Shown: positions 48,740 through 63,099 of the stretch, piece after piece
Position numbering within the stretch: the first letter of the stretch is position 1
Layout of the letters: each line of letters begins with the position of its first letter
Source: Marsupella aquatica
Taxonomy: Eukaryota; Plantae; Marchantiophyta
Length of the DNA stretch: 64,000 bases
Direction: 5' to 3'
Assembly (NCBI GenBank): GCA_973895155.1
Contig: OZ316891.1
Location: forward strand, 8,743,875 to 8,807,874
Made by a program: the position numbers and the translations under genes
Notes under the pieces: model-generated
Seen by the model: the letters and a program-made list of their open reading frames with translations, nothing else
Databases searched by the model: none
What the model was told of the DNA's origin: nothing

Positions 48740-51487
48740 GTGGTCTAACGTTGTCTCTCCATGTGACTTCAACTGAGAAACAATCTTCGTGAAGATTCCA
48801 TGTCGTCTATGATGAGAAGTACTTCGGCTGCTTGGTCAAGGGCTTGACATGCCATTCGGTTAGGGATCCAGGGCGAATTCAATGCCTGCCCTGTGCCTGC
48901 AGATTTTTATCAGCAATGTACATAAGACATAGAATTTGAGGCGAAGCTGTAAAATTGCGATTTATACCTGAGGTTTTTGTAGTAGGAATTTATTGATGAT
49001 CTCCACTTTCGTTGATTGAGAAATGTCGTCACTGCAAGTCTGTACTCCATGTCCCTGGAACTTAGATAGTGTAATATTTGTGCAAATTTAATTGGGTACA
49101 GCTATCATTTTGGGAGCAGATGTAGATTGCCTATTCTGCACCACTTCCTCGAGGAGTCCTGTGTATGGGGTATGAAACACACTTTTGTTGTAAAAATATT
49201 CGTAACCTTCATTGTCGATCGGTTTCAAATGTATGATCGATCTTTCCAAGCTGAAAAAGTCTAAACCTTCTTATATTTGTGGCAGTTTAGAAAGAGTTCC
49301 AATTATAACATGTTTAGGGTACAATTTTAGTCAGCTTATTCGGAGTCTACGATTAGAGTAGTGGGAGAATTGCGACTGAATACTGACATAAATTCGAGAT
49401 CGCTTCGTTAAATTTGTAGGATCGAGCTCGGCTATACAAGTACAGCAATGTGCGATTATTCAGTTAAAAATTTCGAATCTCTTTGCTTCTCATGTCTAGG
49501 AACAGGTTCACAAATTTAACCAATAAGTCATTGGTCACAGTGAAATCATTTTGTTCCTGTAGTTAACCGCTTTCTCAATGATATCCAAATATCCACCAGT
49601 CAAGACTTTCGATTCAGAATACTGTAATCATAATCGTGGTCCTTTGTATCAATGCTTTAGGAGGTTCTATCAACTTCTGCTGAAGCTAAGATGCAAGCTC
49701 GATGAAATCCTGTGCAGTGTACATCATTTTCACTTCATAATACACCGCAGATATGTTGTACAAGTACTTCAGTCGAAAAATGTGGATGAGGCTTAGTGTC
49801 CACACCAAATTTTAGTTTTTTGAGGGGATGAAGACAACACACTGTTAACGGTTTGACATATATATGCTCAGTTAGTCGTTCATTAACATCTGTTGGTCTC
49901 ACTGGCTACAAAATTATAAATGATGGATGTCCAATCCACATTGCGGTCTTCGTGTGCGAGATCCACCACTTTTCAGAATCTCTTTAGTTCAGCTTTTCCT
50001 AATCCAGAAACACATATTGCCCAACTCAATACCCACTGTTCGTAGCTCAAAAAACCTGAGATCCTACTCTCCTCTAACATGTCTCGCAAGATCTAAGATA
50101 GAAACTGCAACATCACCTCTTGTCAAATTCTCTCTAACTCAGCTTTTCCAATCCAGAAACACATATTGCCTAACGCAATACCAATGTTTCTTAGGTCCCA
50201 TATCTGAGACGCTACCATCCTGTAACATTACATTCGGTACATCTCTTTAAATTCAACACCCTGCTCAGAAGCCCAATTGGAATGACCTCCTTGAAAACTA
50301 TGGTAATAACATGTGAAGCTAAGTTCCCCAGAAAACAGAATTAAGCTCGAGCTCCAAGACGTGGTTTCTCCAACAATCCAATACCGAATATGTCTCATCA
50401 ATCTAGCTTCTAGGCTAGGGCAACTTCTGGTCATAGTATATAACCAATCTTTATATGGCAAAAAGTTATCTATAATAAGTTTTGGTAGTCCATAAATATT
50501 TATATCCCCTAACCTCAAGTACTGTTTATGGCAAAAAGTTATCTATTACAAGGTTTGGTAGTCCATAAATATTCCTATCCCCTTACTTAACCTGCACATT
50601 TTGAGTTTTGAGACCCCCTAATAGAGTACTTAATTAGTAATTAAGGAGGATGAGTCATAAGACGCCACCAGTAGAATTGTGACATGTCAGCTTGTAGTTG
50701 TTGGGCGCAACACTTGTCGACCCATATCGTCCCCTCTAACTTGGGTCTCATCGTCGATTTCGTTACAGTTCAGCCACCTTCACTACCTTCACTGCTGCAC
50801 TGTTGCATGCATGTATTTCGCGGCATAAGGTTTCAGTCTCCTCATCCTCCTATTCTCTTTCACATGCCTACTGATATTACGTAGGTTGTGAGGCAGGTGA
50901 GCTTGCTGTTGTGTGCGTTCGAGACCAATCCAATTCCCATGAGAGGGTCTTCAAGAATGTGAACTCGAGACTGCTCTGGAAGTAAATCGGTATGCTTGTC
51001 GGTCACTCAACCGTCCGATACTGTTGTACTTCGGAACTGTTGAAGATTTCTAAGGATCCAGTCCAATTTGTTGTGTATGCTGATGACAAGTTTTTTAGTT
51101 TGAATGGGCACAATCACGGAGCTGTGAATTGCCGTTATAGAGTTGCCGTTAACAAAGGGTTGTCATTGTTGAGCACACTGGCAGAAGCAGAAACTGGTCA
51201 GGCTGAGGAGCGAAATTAAGAATTCCAAATTGATTCTCTAGATGACAGGATTTTATAAAGCCCAGGTCCGATGAAGGGGATATGATTGATGGTGAAATCC
51301 TGACTGAGCTACATTGGGTGGTTGATGTGCCAGATTTCAATATACAGTCGGCAGTCACTTGCGCTGGACCGACAACGCACAAACTTCTCAAGTTGGTTTT
51401 CTTTTGAAACATTAGTGTGGTGTTCAGGAGACTCTTGCAGAAGTTGGAAGTTTCTGTATTCCGCATTCCCGCTGTTGATGGTTCATC

Positions 51488-51877
51488 ATGGTTGACAGTG
51501 AAAAAAATCTTCACCGTTCGTCTTTCGCTGGGAAGATGAAAGAGAAACTGGCGGTGGTTAAGAACACGCTGACCCCAGGTCATTCAACTGAGAGCCCTGT
51601 TGCGTCTACCGGTGGGATAACAACCCCTACCCAGAAGCAGAGCACTCTGGAGAAGATGAAGGACAAGATGTCTGGCCATAAAGAGACTCCAAGAATCAGC
51701 AACAAGATGAGCGGTACTGGCAGCGGTGTTCTTTACGAAACTGTGCACGGTGACGAGGAGGTAAAGGCTGCAGAAGAAGGCCATCATCATCGAATTGGAG
51801 AGAAGATTGCGCACATGATGCCTGGCCCACCGTACATTCAGCGGCACGAAAAGGAGAGTGATCCTGTGGACGATTGA
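51488..51877 (+). CDS. Divergent dehydrin-like protein, 129 aa
   Basis: K-like segments SFAGKMKEKL, STLEKMKDKMSGH and RIGEKIAHMMPG. Hydrophilic, no Cys or Trp. Confidence 0.7.
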   Translation: MVDSEKNLHRSSFAGKMKEKLAVVKNTLTPGHSTESPVASTGGITTPTQKQSTLEKMKDKMSGHKETPRISNKMSGTGSGVLYETVHGDEEVKAAEEGHHHRIGEKIAHMMPGPPYIQRHEKESDPVDD

Positions 51878-52599
51878 TGAGCCTGCTCGTTCATTCCGGC
51901 CAGGTAGTGTTGGGAGAGTTTGCATCCAGGTCTGCACAGAAAATTCATCTGAAGTTAAAGAGTCTGGGTTTCGGAGGATGACTACGAAGGAGCCAAACTT
52001 TCAAAAACAAATCCACGGCCAGACCTAGTCATTTGTGTAGGCAGCAGGTCGGCTTTTCAAATTGAAGGATGTCAAGATTGCATTTCCAGAGTTCATAGGG
52101 TTTGGTGCAAAGGCTTTGCAAGATTTTTGTAAGTAGGTGAGCTGATCTACACAAAGAAGTTTAGATTACGCTTGTACATGAATCGTAGAGTTTGCTCTGG
52201 GTTTGAGCATTGAATCAATACTTGATAGGAAGGCAGCTATGTTTAGTTGTCTTCAATTCTTCGTCGGAGTAAGGTGGAATGGCTCGGAAACTACAGATTG
52301 AGCGTTCCGAATTCCGAATCTCATAACCGGTGCCGGAGTGATTGTACCCCAATCTGAGAAGGTGTAGGAAAGTTAAAGTAGACGGAATGACTGTGAGCTT
52401 TCTGGCTTGCAAGAGTTACGCTATTTCATGTGTACAGGGGCACCAATGGCTGGGGCAATGTTTATCAGGTTTTAGCTGAGAGAGAGTCGTTATAGACGCG
52501 TCAAATCCTGTAGGCGTAGAGGTATAGTTGGATTGGGAGCGTCACTCGGACAACTTGCAGTTATTCAATGTAAGGAGATATGGAAAGGGTTTATTCTGT

Positions 52600-55500
52600 G
52601 ATGCAGTCTCTTCCACGCTTTGTACTAACATACTCTCTGGGTCTCTGATGACTTCACTGTATAATTTTTATATTCGACTGCATGCAGAACTTGAATTTTC
52701 TTAATTCGTGGTATGCATTCAACAAGTAATGCTTGAAATTCTTTGATAGGTTAAAGTAAAAGCTCTGAATGTAATGTAAAAGCTCTGATGTGTGTAGATT
52801 GACTTCTGGAAATATTGCTTGCTTCCAAGAATGGGTTCTATTTTCCCTTGGATTCGCCTTCTTGACTTTGGCCTTTCGGATTCTCTGCAACCGAGGACTG
52901 CACCTTAAAACGTTAGTTCTGTAGATTCTAACCAATTTGCATATCGCTGTAAAGATAAGATATCCTGGTCTCGCCAAGTTTCCCTCTGCAACCTGTTTTC
53001 GTAATTTGAATGGTTCAGCACCAATCCATCATCCCAACTATTAAAACAATTCGAGGAAACCGTCGGGATTGGTCCTCAAAGGTCATATACAGACAACCGC
53101 CATCATAGTTGCAAATGCCGAAGTAGGACCTGCACCACTGAAGGCTCTTCAAGGTATACATCAACCAACTGGGGGACTGCTTTCTGATGTATACTGCGTT
53201 CGCAAGTAGGGTTCCAATTTTTATTGCATTATAGTGTAATTTAAGAGAAAAACAAGTCTCTCAAGGATACTTGACAGGAGCTTGACCAAGAGCCTAAACT
53301 TCTGCATTACTGTTCGTGGAGATGATTTAAAATTTACGAACTGTGACAATGTTCCATTTGGTCCTAGAATGATTTCAGACATTGAGCTCTGGTTTATTCC
53401 AATTGGATAAGATCCAACAATATGGTTTAGCAGCTGTTTACTCTGTCGTCGTGAATCAAGGATCTTTGGCTAAAAAACGTGAAATGTGTGTTTACTGAAC
53501 GCCTTCACACCCATTTCATGTCTTGCAGATGCCTTGGGCAGCCTTGTCATGCTTGTGACGGCTTTTGAGATTTCAATTTTTATCCCTAGGAATAATAGCG
53601 TATGGGGGTATGAAGCAGTAATCCTAGTATCTTGGTCCTCGAAGACTCACGAAAACTCTGCACCTCGTTTCACAATTACCTCGGCTATTCTAGAACGTAT
53701 GGGCTTCCAGCTAATGCACCGAGAGGGGAGATAGCTCTATCTAGCCTTTACGCTTCACAATTTAGAGGCATTGGTACTTGCGAATCAACTTGGCTGCTGT
53801 CCACTAATTGACATATATGATTCGAAAGTAGTCCGGAGTCCATTACCTATTTGTTTTCCGAGTGTGCCAACAAAGAAACTATTTCGTCCCCGCTGTTCCA
53901 TGACCACCCTACTTTGTCATCGAAGAGCCATCGATCTGACTGTGATTCACAAAGATTGCATTCTCCTTTTCCATGGTACCTGATCAGGGGACTGGCTCCA
54001 GTGTAATTCCCTCATCATGCAATTGACGAACCTGAGGCACTTTCAGTGGAGGTCTGCCTTCTGAAGATAATCACAGGGATCCCAAGAATCTTCAAGAGAT
54101 AAGTTTAAAGAGCATCACTGCTTCAAATGCTTTAGAGTGCTTCAAATGCTTTAGAGTACAATCAAAGAGTAAGGCTTTTGCATGCTTTGTCATCTTTTAA
54201 AGGTTTTTCTTTTTTAGCTTGGATGTGAAAGAGAGATGCTAAGAATATGATTTTATCTAATTTTACTAGACTAATTTACTAAGTTATATGTCCCTAGATT
54301 TAAGGATAACTGTTTGGCTTGTGAGGTCTGTGCGTAGGTGGGAAATATGGTAATTGCTAATGGCAACAAAAAATCTATGGAACACTTTAATGCATTTGGT
54401 GATTTTTCTTTCTAATTTTCAATATATTTATGGGAAAAACTGAGAGTCTAGATTTGGATGGGCTAGAAATTCACATAAAATTTGCCCAAATAAATGCAAA
54501 AGTCCTCCAAAAAGCAGATGCAACCGAAGTGTCAAAACCCAACAAGGGTGCATGGAAAAACGAGTACCTAGATGTACTCTAAAGTGAAGTGTTTGCAACT
54601 GGCCATTTTATTTTCTTTCGGGTGTAATCTGCTTATGACTTTACATAGTCCATGCGGATGGGCAGGACACCCCCATCCATCTGGGCTCTAAATCTTATTA
54701 TAAAAGTACCAACTGAAGTCTACTTTTAAGAGCCTAGGTCTAGAGTGAAGCCTCTAGAAGTTAACTCCATGGCCATCATGTGCAAGGAAAACCTCATGTG
54801 CATGGGAAAAACCCATGACTATGATGTATGTCAACTGGTACATGCAAGTTTTTGGTGATAATTTCTAAGTATTTATATTCAAAAAATGGGCATTGTGGCC
54901 CCACCACGACATATGTGCATAGAAAGAAGAATGTGCAAACAAAGACCAATGGTATATTATATATGACTATCAAAATGATGGGTTTTTTCTGTTTCAATAA
55001 CCTTCAAAAAATATGAATATAAAATATATTTCGAGAACATTTTTATTGTCCTCTCTACTATTCACGTTCAAAGAATGGGTAGTCACGGCTAGTAGGAGGT
55101 TGATATTAACCCCTTGGTCCATCGAGCTCTATTTTGGACGTCAATCTAAACCCCTTGGTCCATAATCTAAACCCCTTGGTCCATCCCGGCTTGTTGTAGG
55201 GCGTTGAAGAAGTCTGGCTAATGGAACACAAAAAGCAACATGTTATTTGAGTAGTTTTGGCCAATAAGAAAATATGATTGGAATCACTGCAGGTGCAGAA
55301 CTTCCACCTGGGAAGGTGGGGCCAATAGGGTTACGTTATTGTAGTGTCCTGAGTAACCGACCACAGAATTCAACCACTGTTGCCCGATCCCCTTTTCTGT
55401 AGGCACACTCAATGCCGAGAAAAGTCATGGTAGGCTTTTTGAAAAGAAGGAACTTTTATTTTCCGTAGGTTCTTTTCCATTTTCTAGCCTTGCTTTGGTG

Positions 55501-56760
55501 TAAGGTGGATCATAAAATCTTTTGCTTAGGCTTTTGATGGTCATCTCTAGAAAGAGAAAAACCTTAGCACTGCCGGGCAGGTGTCTTTCGTGACCCTCCT
55601 ATGGGGTTCAGGCTTCAGGTTTCTGCTTTTTCTTGTGGGGTGCTCTTGTATGGGGACCTTTGGCTTTCTTTTGGCTCTTTGATCTTCTTGTGATTTTCCC
55701 TTGTTTTCTCTCCTCCATTGGGTCTCCCACATTGTTTTCTCTCCTCTATTGGGTTTCCTGTCTTTGGGCTCATGTCTTGTTTTCTCCCCTTTATTGGGTC
55801 TCCTGTCGATGGATCATCATGTCTCCCAGTTTTCCCCCTTTATTGGGTCTCTTGTCCATGGATCATCATGTCTCCCAGTTTTCCCCCTTTATTGGGTCAC
55901 TTGTCGATGGATCATCATGTCTCCCAGTTTTCCCCCTTTATTGGGTCTCCTGTCTTTGGGCTCATGTCTTTTTTTCTCGCCTTTATTGGGTCTCCTGTCG
56001 TTGGATCATCATGTCTCCCAGTTTTCCCCCTTTATTGGGTCTCCTGTCGTTGGATCATCATGTCTCCCAGTTTTCCCACTTTATTGGGTCTCCTGCCCTT
56101 TAAGATCATATTTCCAAGCTTGACTTTGGGATCATGTCTTCCAGTTTGCGTTTAAGATCATATTTCCAAGCTTGACTTTGGGATCATGTCTTCCAGTTTG
56201 GAGCCTTATGTTCTTTTGGCTGACATAAGACTTCCTCGTCCTACCTGTTTGGACTAAGCCACATCACACACTGAAGATGATGTTGGTACAAATGCTTATC
56301 AACTACCCAAAAAACTTTAAGAGCAATGAACGTTGTGACTGAATTAGCTTGCAGTCGGAATGATCCTTGCAATCCGAATGACAACGAGTTAAGTTAACAA
56401 ACGACAATGAGTTAGCTTAAAGTTAGCTTATGTTAGTTTTGCTACCCATGATCCTCCAGTTGACTGCGTGATCAGAGTCTAACTCTTGTCTCCGGTGAAT
56501 AATTTTCTTACTTTGCAATTTTGGAATGTGGGCAGTGACCCCTTATCGTTCTCAGACTTCTTCAAAAAATAAATGAGACTGGATGATCTCTGCAGCCTTC
56601 ATACCGGTGTCCTCATTACCTAGCCAAATTTTTTGAATTGAGCCACCCTTCTCGTTTAGTCTGTCACTATGTTAAATGTCCATTGCTCCCCATGCTCCCC
56701 ACCTCTCAATCCCACTCGACCATCCTCATCCCCCTCTAGCTGTTTAATTGGGTGATTTCC
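52600..56760 (-). mobile_element. Highly decayed LINE remnant interrupted by younger repeats
   Basis: Minus-strand traces of APE motifs (GDFN-like, EKGG, SDH) at about 56460-56700, and RT traces (*QGCP near 53545, SGQ near 53795, SWKQ near 52825). Weak and fragmentary. Confidence 0.38.
55712..56200. repeat. Tandem minisatellite (49-bp and about 45-bp units) followed by a 53-bp duplication
   Basis: TTTATTGGGTCTCCTGTCG.TGGATCATCATGTCTCCCAGTTTTCCCCC recurring. All three plus frames give repetitive spurious ORFs. Confidence 0.92.
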
Positions 56761-57308
56761 CATCTCTGATCTCTCACTCCTCACTTTCTACTCTCTACTT
56801 ATCATGCTTGTGCTATACGTTGACGTGCTACTGCAGACGGATTGCGTGAGGGAAGGGAAACATTGTTAAACTTCAGCTAAGTACATTCAATTGAAGTAAG
56901 AGTGGCAGGACACCAAATCAGAGCGACTGCGAATTGTGTCAACCAGGCGCACAGAAACCAAAGCACTCTCTATCCCCCTTGACACTATGATTTTGGATCC
57001 CCCTTGGGCAGTACGCTCCCGACTGATGAGAGGAAACTTTCAACTTGTGTCCATATGGGTCCCACTTCTTTTCCTACTGCAGGTTTCGCTTTACTAATGG
57101 TTGGAGGCAGCAAATCTTAAAGGCAGGTTGGACCCTACCCAAGTTACACAAAGGGAATCAAGATTTGGCTTGTAATCTAACGTTTCCACCCAGAATAACT
57201 TGTGTGTGAAGTATGAACTCAATGACAAAGCATGCGTGGAAATACTGCGTCCACAGGACTAATCAAACAAAACCCTTTCCTCCTGGTCATGAACCACACT
57301 CCAAGACA

Positions 57309-60300
57309 TCAGCGCACTTGGACTATGCCAGCACTAACAAGCTTTTGTATCTTCCCCATCACCATAGGATTCTTCATATGCTCCTGAGCGGACTTGGGAT
57401 TTTCTTGAAAATCTGTCAAGACCTGTTCAACGCATGCACAAACCCCAGCTTCAATACTCTAAGAACAAGGACCTTCACTGGGAGGGTATGCCCATCAGCT
57501 ACATCAACAGGACTACCGCAAAAGGTCTAGTACACGTTTACTTTATGGGTGTAGTCAGATAAGATATTTAAACTTTCGGTCCCACTCCAGAATCGAAATG
57601 AAACTTCACGCACCAAGGAGGTTAACAAGGAGAGGAAGTCAGAATCCAGATGGGCAGCGAATTGTGCCCACAGCGAGGTTCCCAAAAACAGGGGCAGTCA
57701 TCACTTAATAAATGAACAAAGCAATCCATGGTCAAGAGTTTACCTGTCTCATGACAGGATCTGATAAGATTTGCTGAATATCTGGGTCTTGCATTGCCTT
57801 GGCCTGTACAAAAGACGGCCACAAATGTCCACAAAGTCAGTACTCCGAAGCACACCATGATTGGATTTAGCAAGGGAAACAGCTGATCGGCGCAAGCAAA
57901 GACTCTAGCTGCTTTCAATCGCAAGAAATGGATCCAAGAAATAAAGAATATTCAACTAGTTCGGAAAGTAAATTTGAAAGAAGAAAAACACAGTTTATTC
58001 ATTTTATTACCAATATTCTCATTTAAGTGAAACTTTAGCACCAATCTTTAATTTTTGAAAATACGAAAACTTCAGTTCACACCGAGCTCCAATGCTTAAA
58101 GAAACTTGATTAGTAGGGAAAGTACCTGTCTCTCCTTCAGGTCTTCAGCACTAATATCCCCTCTGTTAGTTTTGTTAACTTGCTCTATGCATCTGCCAGC
58201 CAACACCCAAGAACATGTCACTACTTTTATTGGTAACGCAAAGCAGCATAACAATGCACTTGCTCTTTAATGGAAGTCACCTTTTACTAGAAGTATACAA
58301 ATACATCATGTTTATTATAACGATAAGAATTACATTGTGCCTTGAAACATTCCTTCTTCTCAACTTCAACATGAAATTATGCGCAGAAAACAGTCCAAAG
58401 AGATGAACAGATGGTGGGATGATCAATTGAGCCACCTCGTTTGATATGCCACTGACGTTTCATTCTAAAACAACTTGAGAAAATAGGTGGTCAATATTGA
58501 AAGCACCAACCTGCGTGCACCATCGAGAAGCTCTTGGTTATCCTTCTCATGAGTCAGTCCAGTCTGCCATCAAAAAGGTCACTCGGATTAATCTGAATTC
58601 CATATCAGTCACCAATGTGAGGCCTACAAATCTAGTGAGAAGCTACAGAAAATGTCAGCAGATATCTTCAATGCACATTTCTTCGATATTTTGGTTTACA
58701 GTCGTTCATTGAACTTAGAAATGCCCGTCACTGAAACTACATAGTACACAATCTCACGAGAAATAGTGAGAACATAAATAATGACATAGAGATGATTTCA
58801 TGCTGATACTGCAGAAAAACTCCGCCATGCAATACTAGCCGTTCTACTAGCCGCCAGGTTTTCACCAGAGTGTGTTTCAAATAAGGTACAGTTACTGACC
58901 TGGTATGTCTCCAGAGCCTTATCATACTCCTTCATGAAGAATTGCACTGTGCCCTTGCGCGAATACCCTTTCACAAACGTTGGGTCAATCTCAATACACT
59001 TGTCTGCATCTTTCAAACCCTCAGGTAGTGCTCCAAGCTTCGTGTAGCATGCCGCCCTATTGCTGTAAGCCTTCACAGTCGCAGCAACAATGTCAGTTTG
59101 AATGACCTGTGCAGGTCTTAGTTTAAGAAGAACTCACACCTGCCCAACTCCAAGCGTAAAGATGAAAGCAAAGACAACAAAAGACACGAACACACAGGCC
59201 CTTTTCTTACCTTGACATCTTTTGGATTCCGTTTGATGGCTTCAGTGTAACCTTTAATAGCTTCAGGATACTGGGCTTTCTTGAAAAAATCGTTACCTGC
59301 AAAATGCGCATGACACATAATCAAAAATCAACCTAGATTCGTTACAACACGGCGTTCTGGGCCGTTAAGATACGATTGAAAATGAGACCATTTTTTTCCA
59401 GAATGACGATGTGACAATGCAGCAAGCCACTAATTGGTGAGTCACTCTTGCAGTCAATCTCAAGAGTCACGGATATCAAGAACAGCCAGAATCCAATGAT
59501 CCATGTGCCACCATCGACTACTGAGGGCCGTAAGAAAGTCCAGTAAAACCATTCTCATAACAATAAGGAGCCATTTTACTGTTTGAACACCCATTACGGC
59601 ATCGTCCTGAAAATCTGACTCAGAGCTAAAGGGATTGAACGAATCAGGACCGACCTCCGTAGGATATTGCTGCCAGCCAGCAAAAGCAGTTTAGGAGCAA
59701 AACTTACCTTTTTCCCGCTCTTCATCTGCTACTACTGGATCAAAATATTCTTGTTGCTCCAATTCTTTCTTTGCTCGCTCGGCATCATTCAACCTCTTCA
59801 ATGTGTCTGGGTTACGGTGTTCAGTGAGTGCTTTGTTGAAGGCTTCAATGGCGGGTATGTAATCTTTCGAAGTTTTGGCCATTTTGACATAAGCAGTTCC
59901 TTTCCGCGTCAAAGCCCGTGCAATAATTTTGTAATCAGCACGCACTTCTCTGCCTCTCTCTACAGCCTTATCACAATCCTTGACAGCTTCCTCAAACTGA
60001 AACCGACGAGCAAAGGCATGGTCAGAAACAATTTTCAATTTCCTCCTCCGCAGTATACACCACTAAACTGTCGCAATGCCTGTTTTAATAGTCTCTGACT
60101 TGATCCAGAGAGGACACTTGGCTGATTCTTTATCTATCTGCAGTAAGGGCACTGTGGTTCTTGGTTTCCTAAATTAACCTGCTATACAGCTCACCAAAGT
60201 TTGGTACAGAGACAACATTTTTCGATGTAGAAGACCTCAACAAAACGTATCTCGGACATAAAGAGTCAAATTCTAGTTCCTCAAACCAGATCAGTTCAAA

Positions 60301-61453
60301 CTCTGCAACACTTCTCATGAGGTTCAAGAACGTCTAGACTACCATTTGTTTGGCTATCAGTCTAACCTGAATCACCACTTAATAATTACCCAACCATTCA
60401 GAAAGAGTCCACGGACACTCCCCTTTCCAACTCATCCAAAAACAGACACATTCATTTCCAGCCCGGAAGATAAACTACGGGGGTAGGGCAGAAGGAGACG
60501 CGTCCTACCTGACCCATTTCCAGGTAAACAGCCGCTCTGTTAGTAAGGTACGAGATATCCTCGTCATCCAACTCGAGAGCCTTAGTATAGTGCTCGATTG
60601 CTTCCTGGAACTGTTTCTTCTTGTAAGTCTGGTTGCCCAACTCCTTCTCCTTGAGTGCCTCAGCCTTCTTGTCCTTCTTTCCTTTCTCTTCACTTGAAAT
60701 TTCCATTGCCTCCGGTTCTGGTTCGACTGGAACTGACTGCGGTTCCCTACTTGATGTCTCTGCTGGCTTTGGTGGGGAAGACCGACCTGTCGTGGCAGGA
60801 AAATCATCGGCAGCAGCACTATCATCATCCCATTTTCCGCTCTCCATATCTTCCGCCGACGGAGTTTGAATGTTGACACCGAGAAGAATGCCCAAAACTT
60901 GCATCATCCTCGGATCATTGATATACCGATTGAGGTTGTTGGGATTCCTTTGCACGTCCTGAAGCATTTTGACGAAATCTGGTTGTGCTAAATAAGCTCT
61001 AGTTCTAGGGTCTGTCTGTATCTTTGCCCACACCTCAGGGCCCTGAAATATATTGGCAAATGGAGATGCCCCGGCCCCAATAGGCGGGGCTTTGGCTTTG
61101 GCACTGGCCGCCTGGGCATCCGATAGTCCTGATTTGAAGGCCTCATTGCTGGGATCAAGCTTCAATCCATCCTTGTAGGCCGTGACAGCATCATCAAACT
61201 TGCTCAGGCCCACGTAGGCAGCCCCGAGTCTACTGTAACCTTTACTCCAGTCCGACTTTAGCTCTACCGTCTTCTTGGCATCAGAGAGGGCCTCAGAATA
61301 CTTCTGGACAGACGCATACGACGCAGATCGATTCGAGTAGAGGACATGGTTTTCAGGTGCGAGAGATATTGCCGTCGAGAAGTGTTCTATGGCTTCCTCA
61401 TACCTGCCTGCTGAAAACGCTGAGTTTCCTTTCGCTTTCGCATCATCTGCCAT
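57309..61453 (-). CDS. HOP: Hsp70/Hsp90 organizing protein (HOP/STI1), 8 exons, about 594 aa
   Basis: Exons 61453-60509, 59996-59708, 59296-59211, 59070-58900, 58563-58511, 58192-58126, 57803-57744 and 57422-57309. All GT-AG and phase-consistent. TPR1-DP1-TPR2A-TPR2B-DP2 layout ending [14 protein letters not shown]. Confidence 0.96.
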
Positions 61454-62694
61454 CGCTGGGCTCTCCTATACAACTCTTCAATGCTCCCTGCCAACGGCAA
61501 TTCAAATCAACCCATGTCCCTCAAATTACTTCGCGATAAGCATACCAGACATAGATAGAAACGCTTTTGAACGGGAATCATCCCGACAAGGTGCATAACT
61601 TTGACAGAATCGTCCAGCACAGAAAACATGACAAATCCCCATCTCTCGAGCTTTCTCAAAAAAAATCAGGAGACTACTAATTCAGACCACCATCGGTGAT
61701 GCAAACAGTACCAATTGTACCTATTCTTATAAGCAACAACCGCTCTGACCTTCAACCCAACCCCAACCCAACTCGAAAGCAATCTTCAAGATCAAAAAAG
61801 ATTTACCAAGCAGATCATCACATCAAACGCTGGCAGACGGACGCTAACTGTATAAGAAGAGAGCTCTGGGCAGAAACAAATGCTACAATTATTATTTTAT
61901 TCTATGGAGAACATAAAAATGCACGAGAGGTGAAGGCCCGATCCGCTGGCCCAGGAGCAAGACCTTAATTAAATCAGGGGATGCAGTAGATTGCTGGATT
62001 CAACATTGAATTCAGGACCCAGAGACACTACATACCAGTTTTCTTTTGAAAAATAGGTGAAAAACCTCTACTTGGAAAGACACAAAGATGGCAAAAACCC
62101 TGCCAAACAATGACCTAATTAATGACGGGGCTTTTGCCGTTAGCTTTTTGCGCTTTTGGGGCTCATGGGTCTCCCCTTCGCACTATTGGGCTTTTTGGCT
62201 CGAGGGTTTTTCCTGTGTTTTCCCCATTTATTGGGTTTTTGGCGTCTTGGATCATGTAACCTGATTAGAGCACCCCTATTGGTCTTGGATCATGTAACCT
62301 GGTTAGAGCACCCCTATTGGTCTGGTAAACCTACCAGCCGTTATGCCTTTGGCATGAGGGGCGAAAAACCATTCCCACCACACCGACTATAAATAAAAGG
62401 GGTCGCCTGGGCCCGCCTTGCTGTTATCCTTGGACAGCCTCCTACGCTCCAAAAGTGGGCGGAAAAAGGCCCATCACCTGCCTGCCATTGCTGTGCAATC
62501 GCCAAGATCCATTCGCGGATGTTTGATCTGTCGGCTCAGAATCACTTGGGATGGTCCCAGGTCCCATCGATGTCCAATTTGTGAGGATCTTGTGCTCACA
62601 CAGGAACTAGAGTGTTGATTTTCCCTCGCTTCTGGAGTGTGCATACTTGCTTGCTTCCCCACGCTCTCGAGCTCTCGTTCGTGCATTCTGGCAT

Positions 62695-62836
62695 GATGGT
62701 AGCAAATGCTCGTGGTCAAAGTTTCTCATCAGCAGAGTTGAAGCAATTGTACATGTCCTGGGTGAACATTGGACACAAAACTATTGTTGGTGCAGGGCAA
62801 AAGAACCAAGCATTTTGGGACCACGTTCCTTTGTAG
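62695..62836 (+). pseudogene. N-terminal fragment of a Harbinger-type Myb/SANT-like protein
   Basis: RGQSFSSAELKQLYMSWVNIGHKTIVGAGQKNQAFWDHV matches the family pattern F...E...L..SW..I.....VG..Q....FW..V. Confidence 0.55.
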
Positions 62837-63099
62837 TTCTATATACAATGATGACCAAAAGATGCAAAGGTTAGGGTGGGCTCAATAGGACCACCAAAAG
62901 TTAAGTTTTAATCGTTTTGTGATAAAATCCAAAGACAACCACCGGAGTTAATTCACGTCTGGAGTTAAAAATGTAAAGTTAAGGTCTTAACCACCAATAG
63001 TTACAATGGTCTTCTTGTGAGAACTTAACAAAAAGGTTACCAGCCAAAAAACTAGGCACTTAACTTTTGTCAAGTCTTTCCCTGACATGAAAACTAATA

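Noticed and set aside
49950-50590. Short diverged direct duplications between the dehydrin-like genes
   Set aside because: Ordinary two-copy duplications with no further structure.
55633-56155. Hydrophobic ORFs in three frames
   Set aside because: Artefacts of the minisatellite.
57200-57430. LINE-like peptide traces
   Set aside because: The region is the last exon and 3' UTR of HOP.
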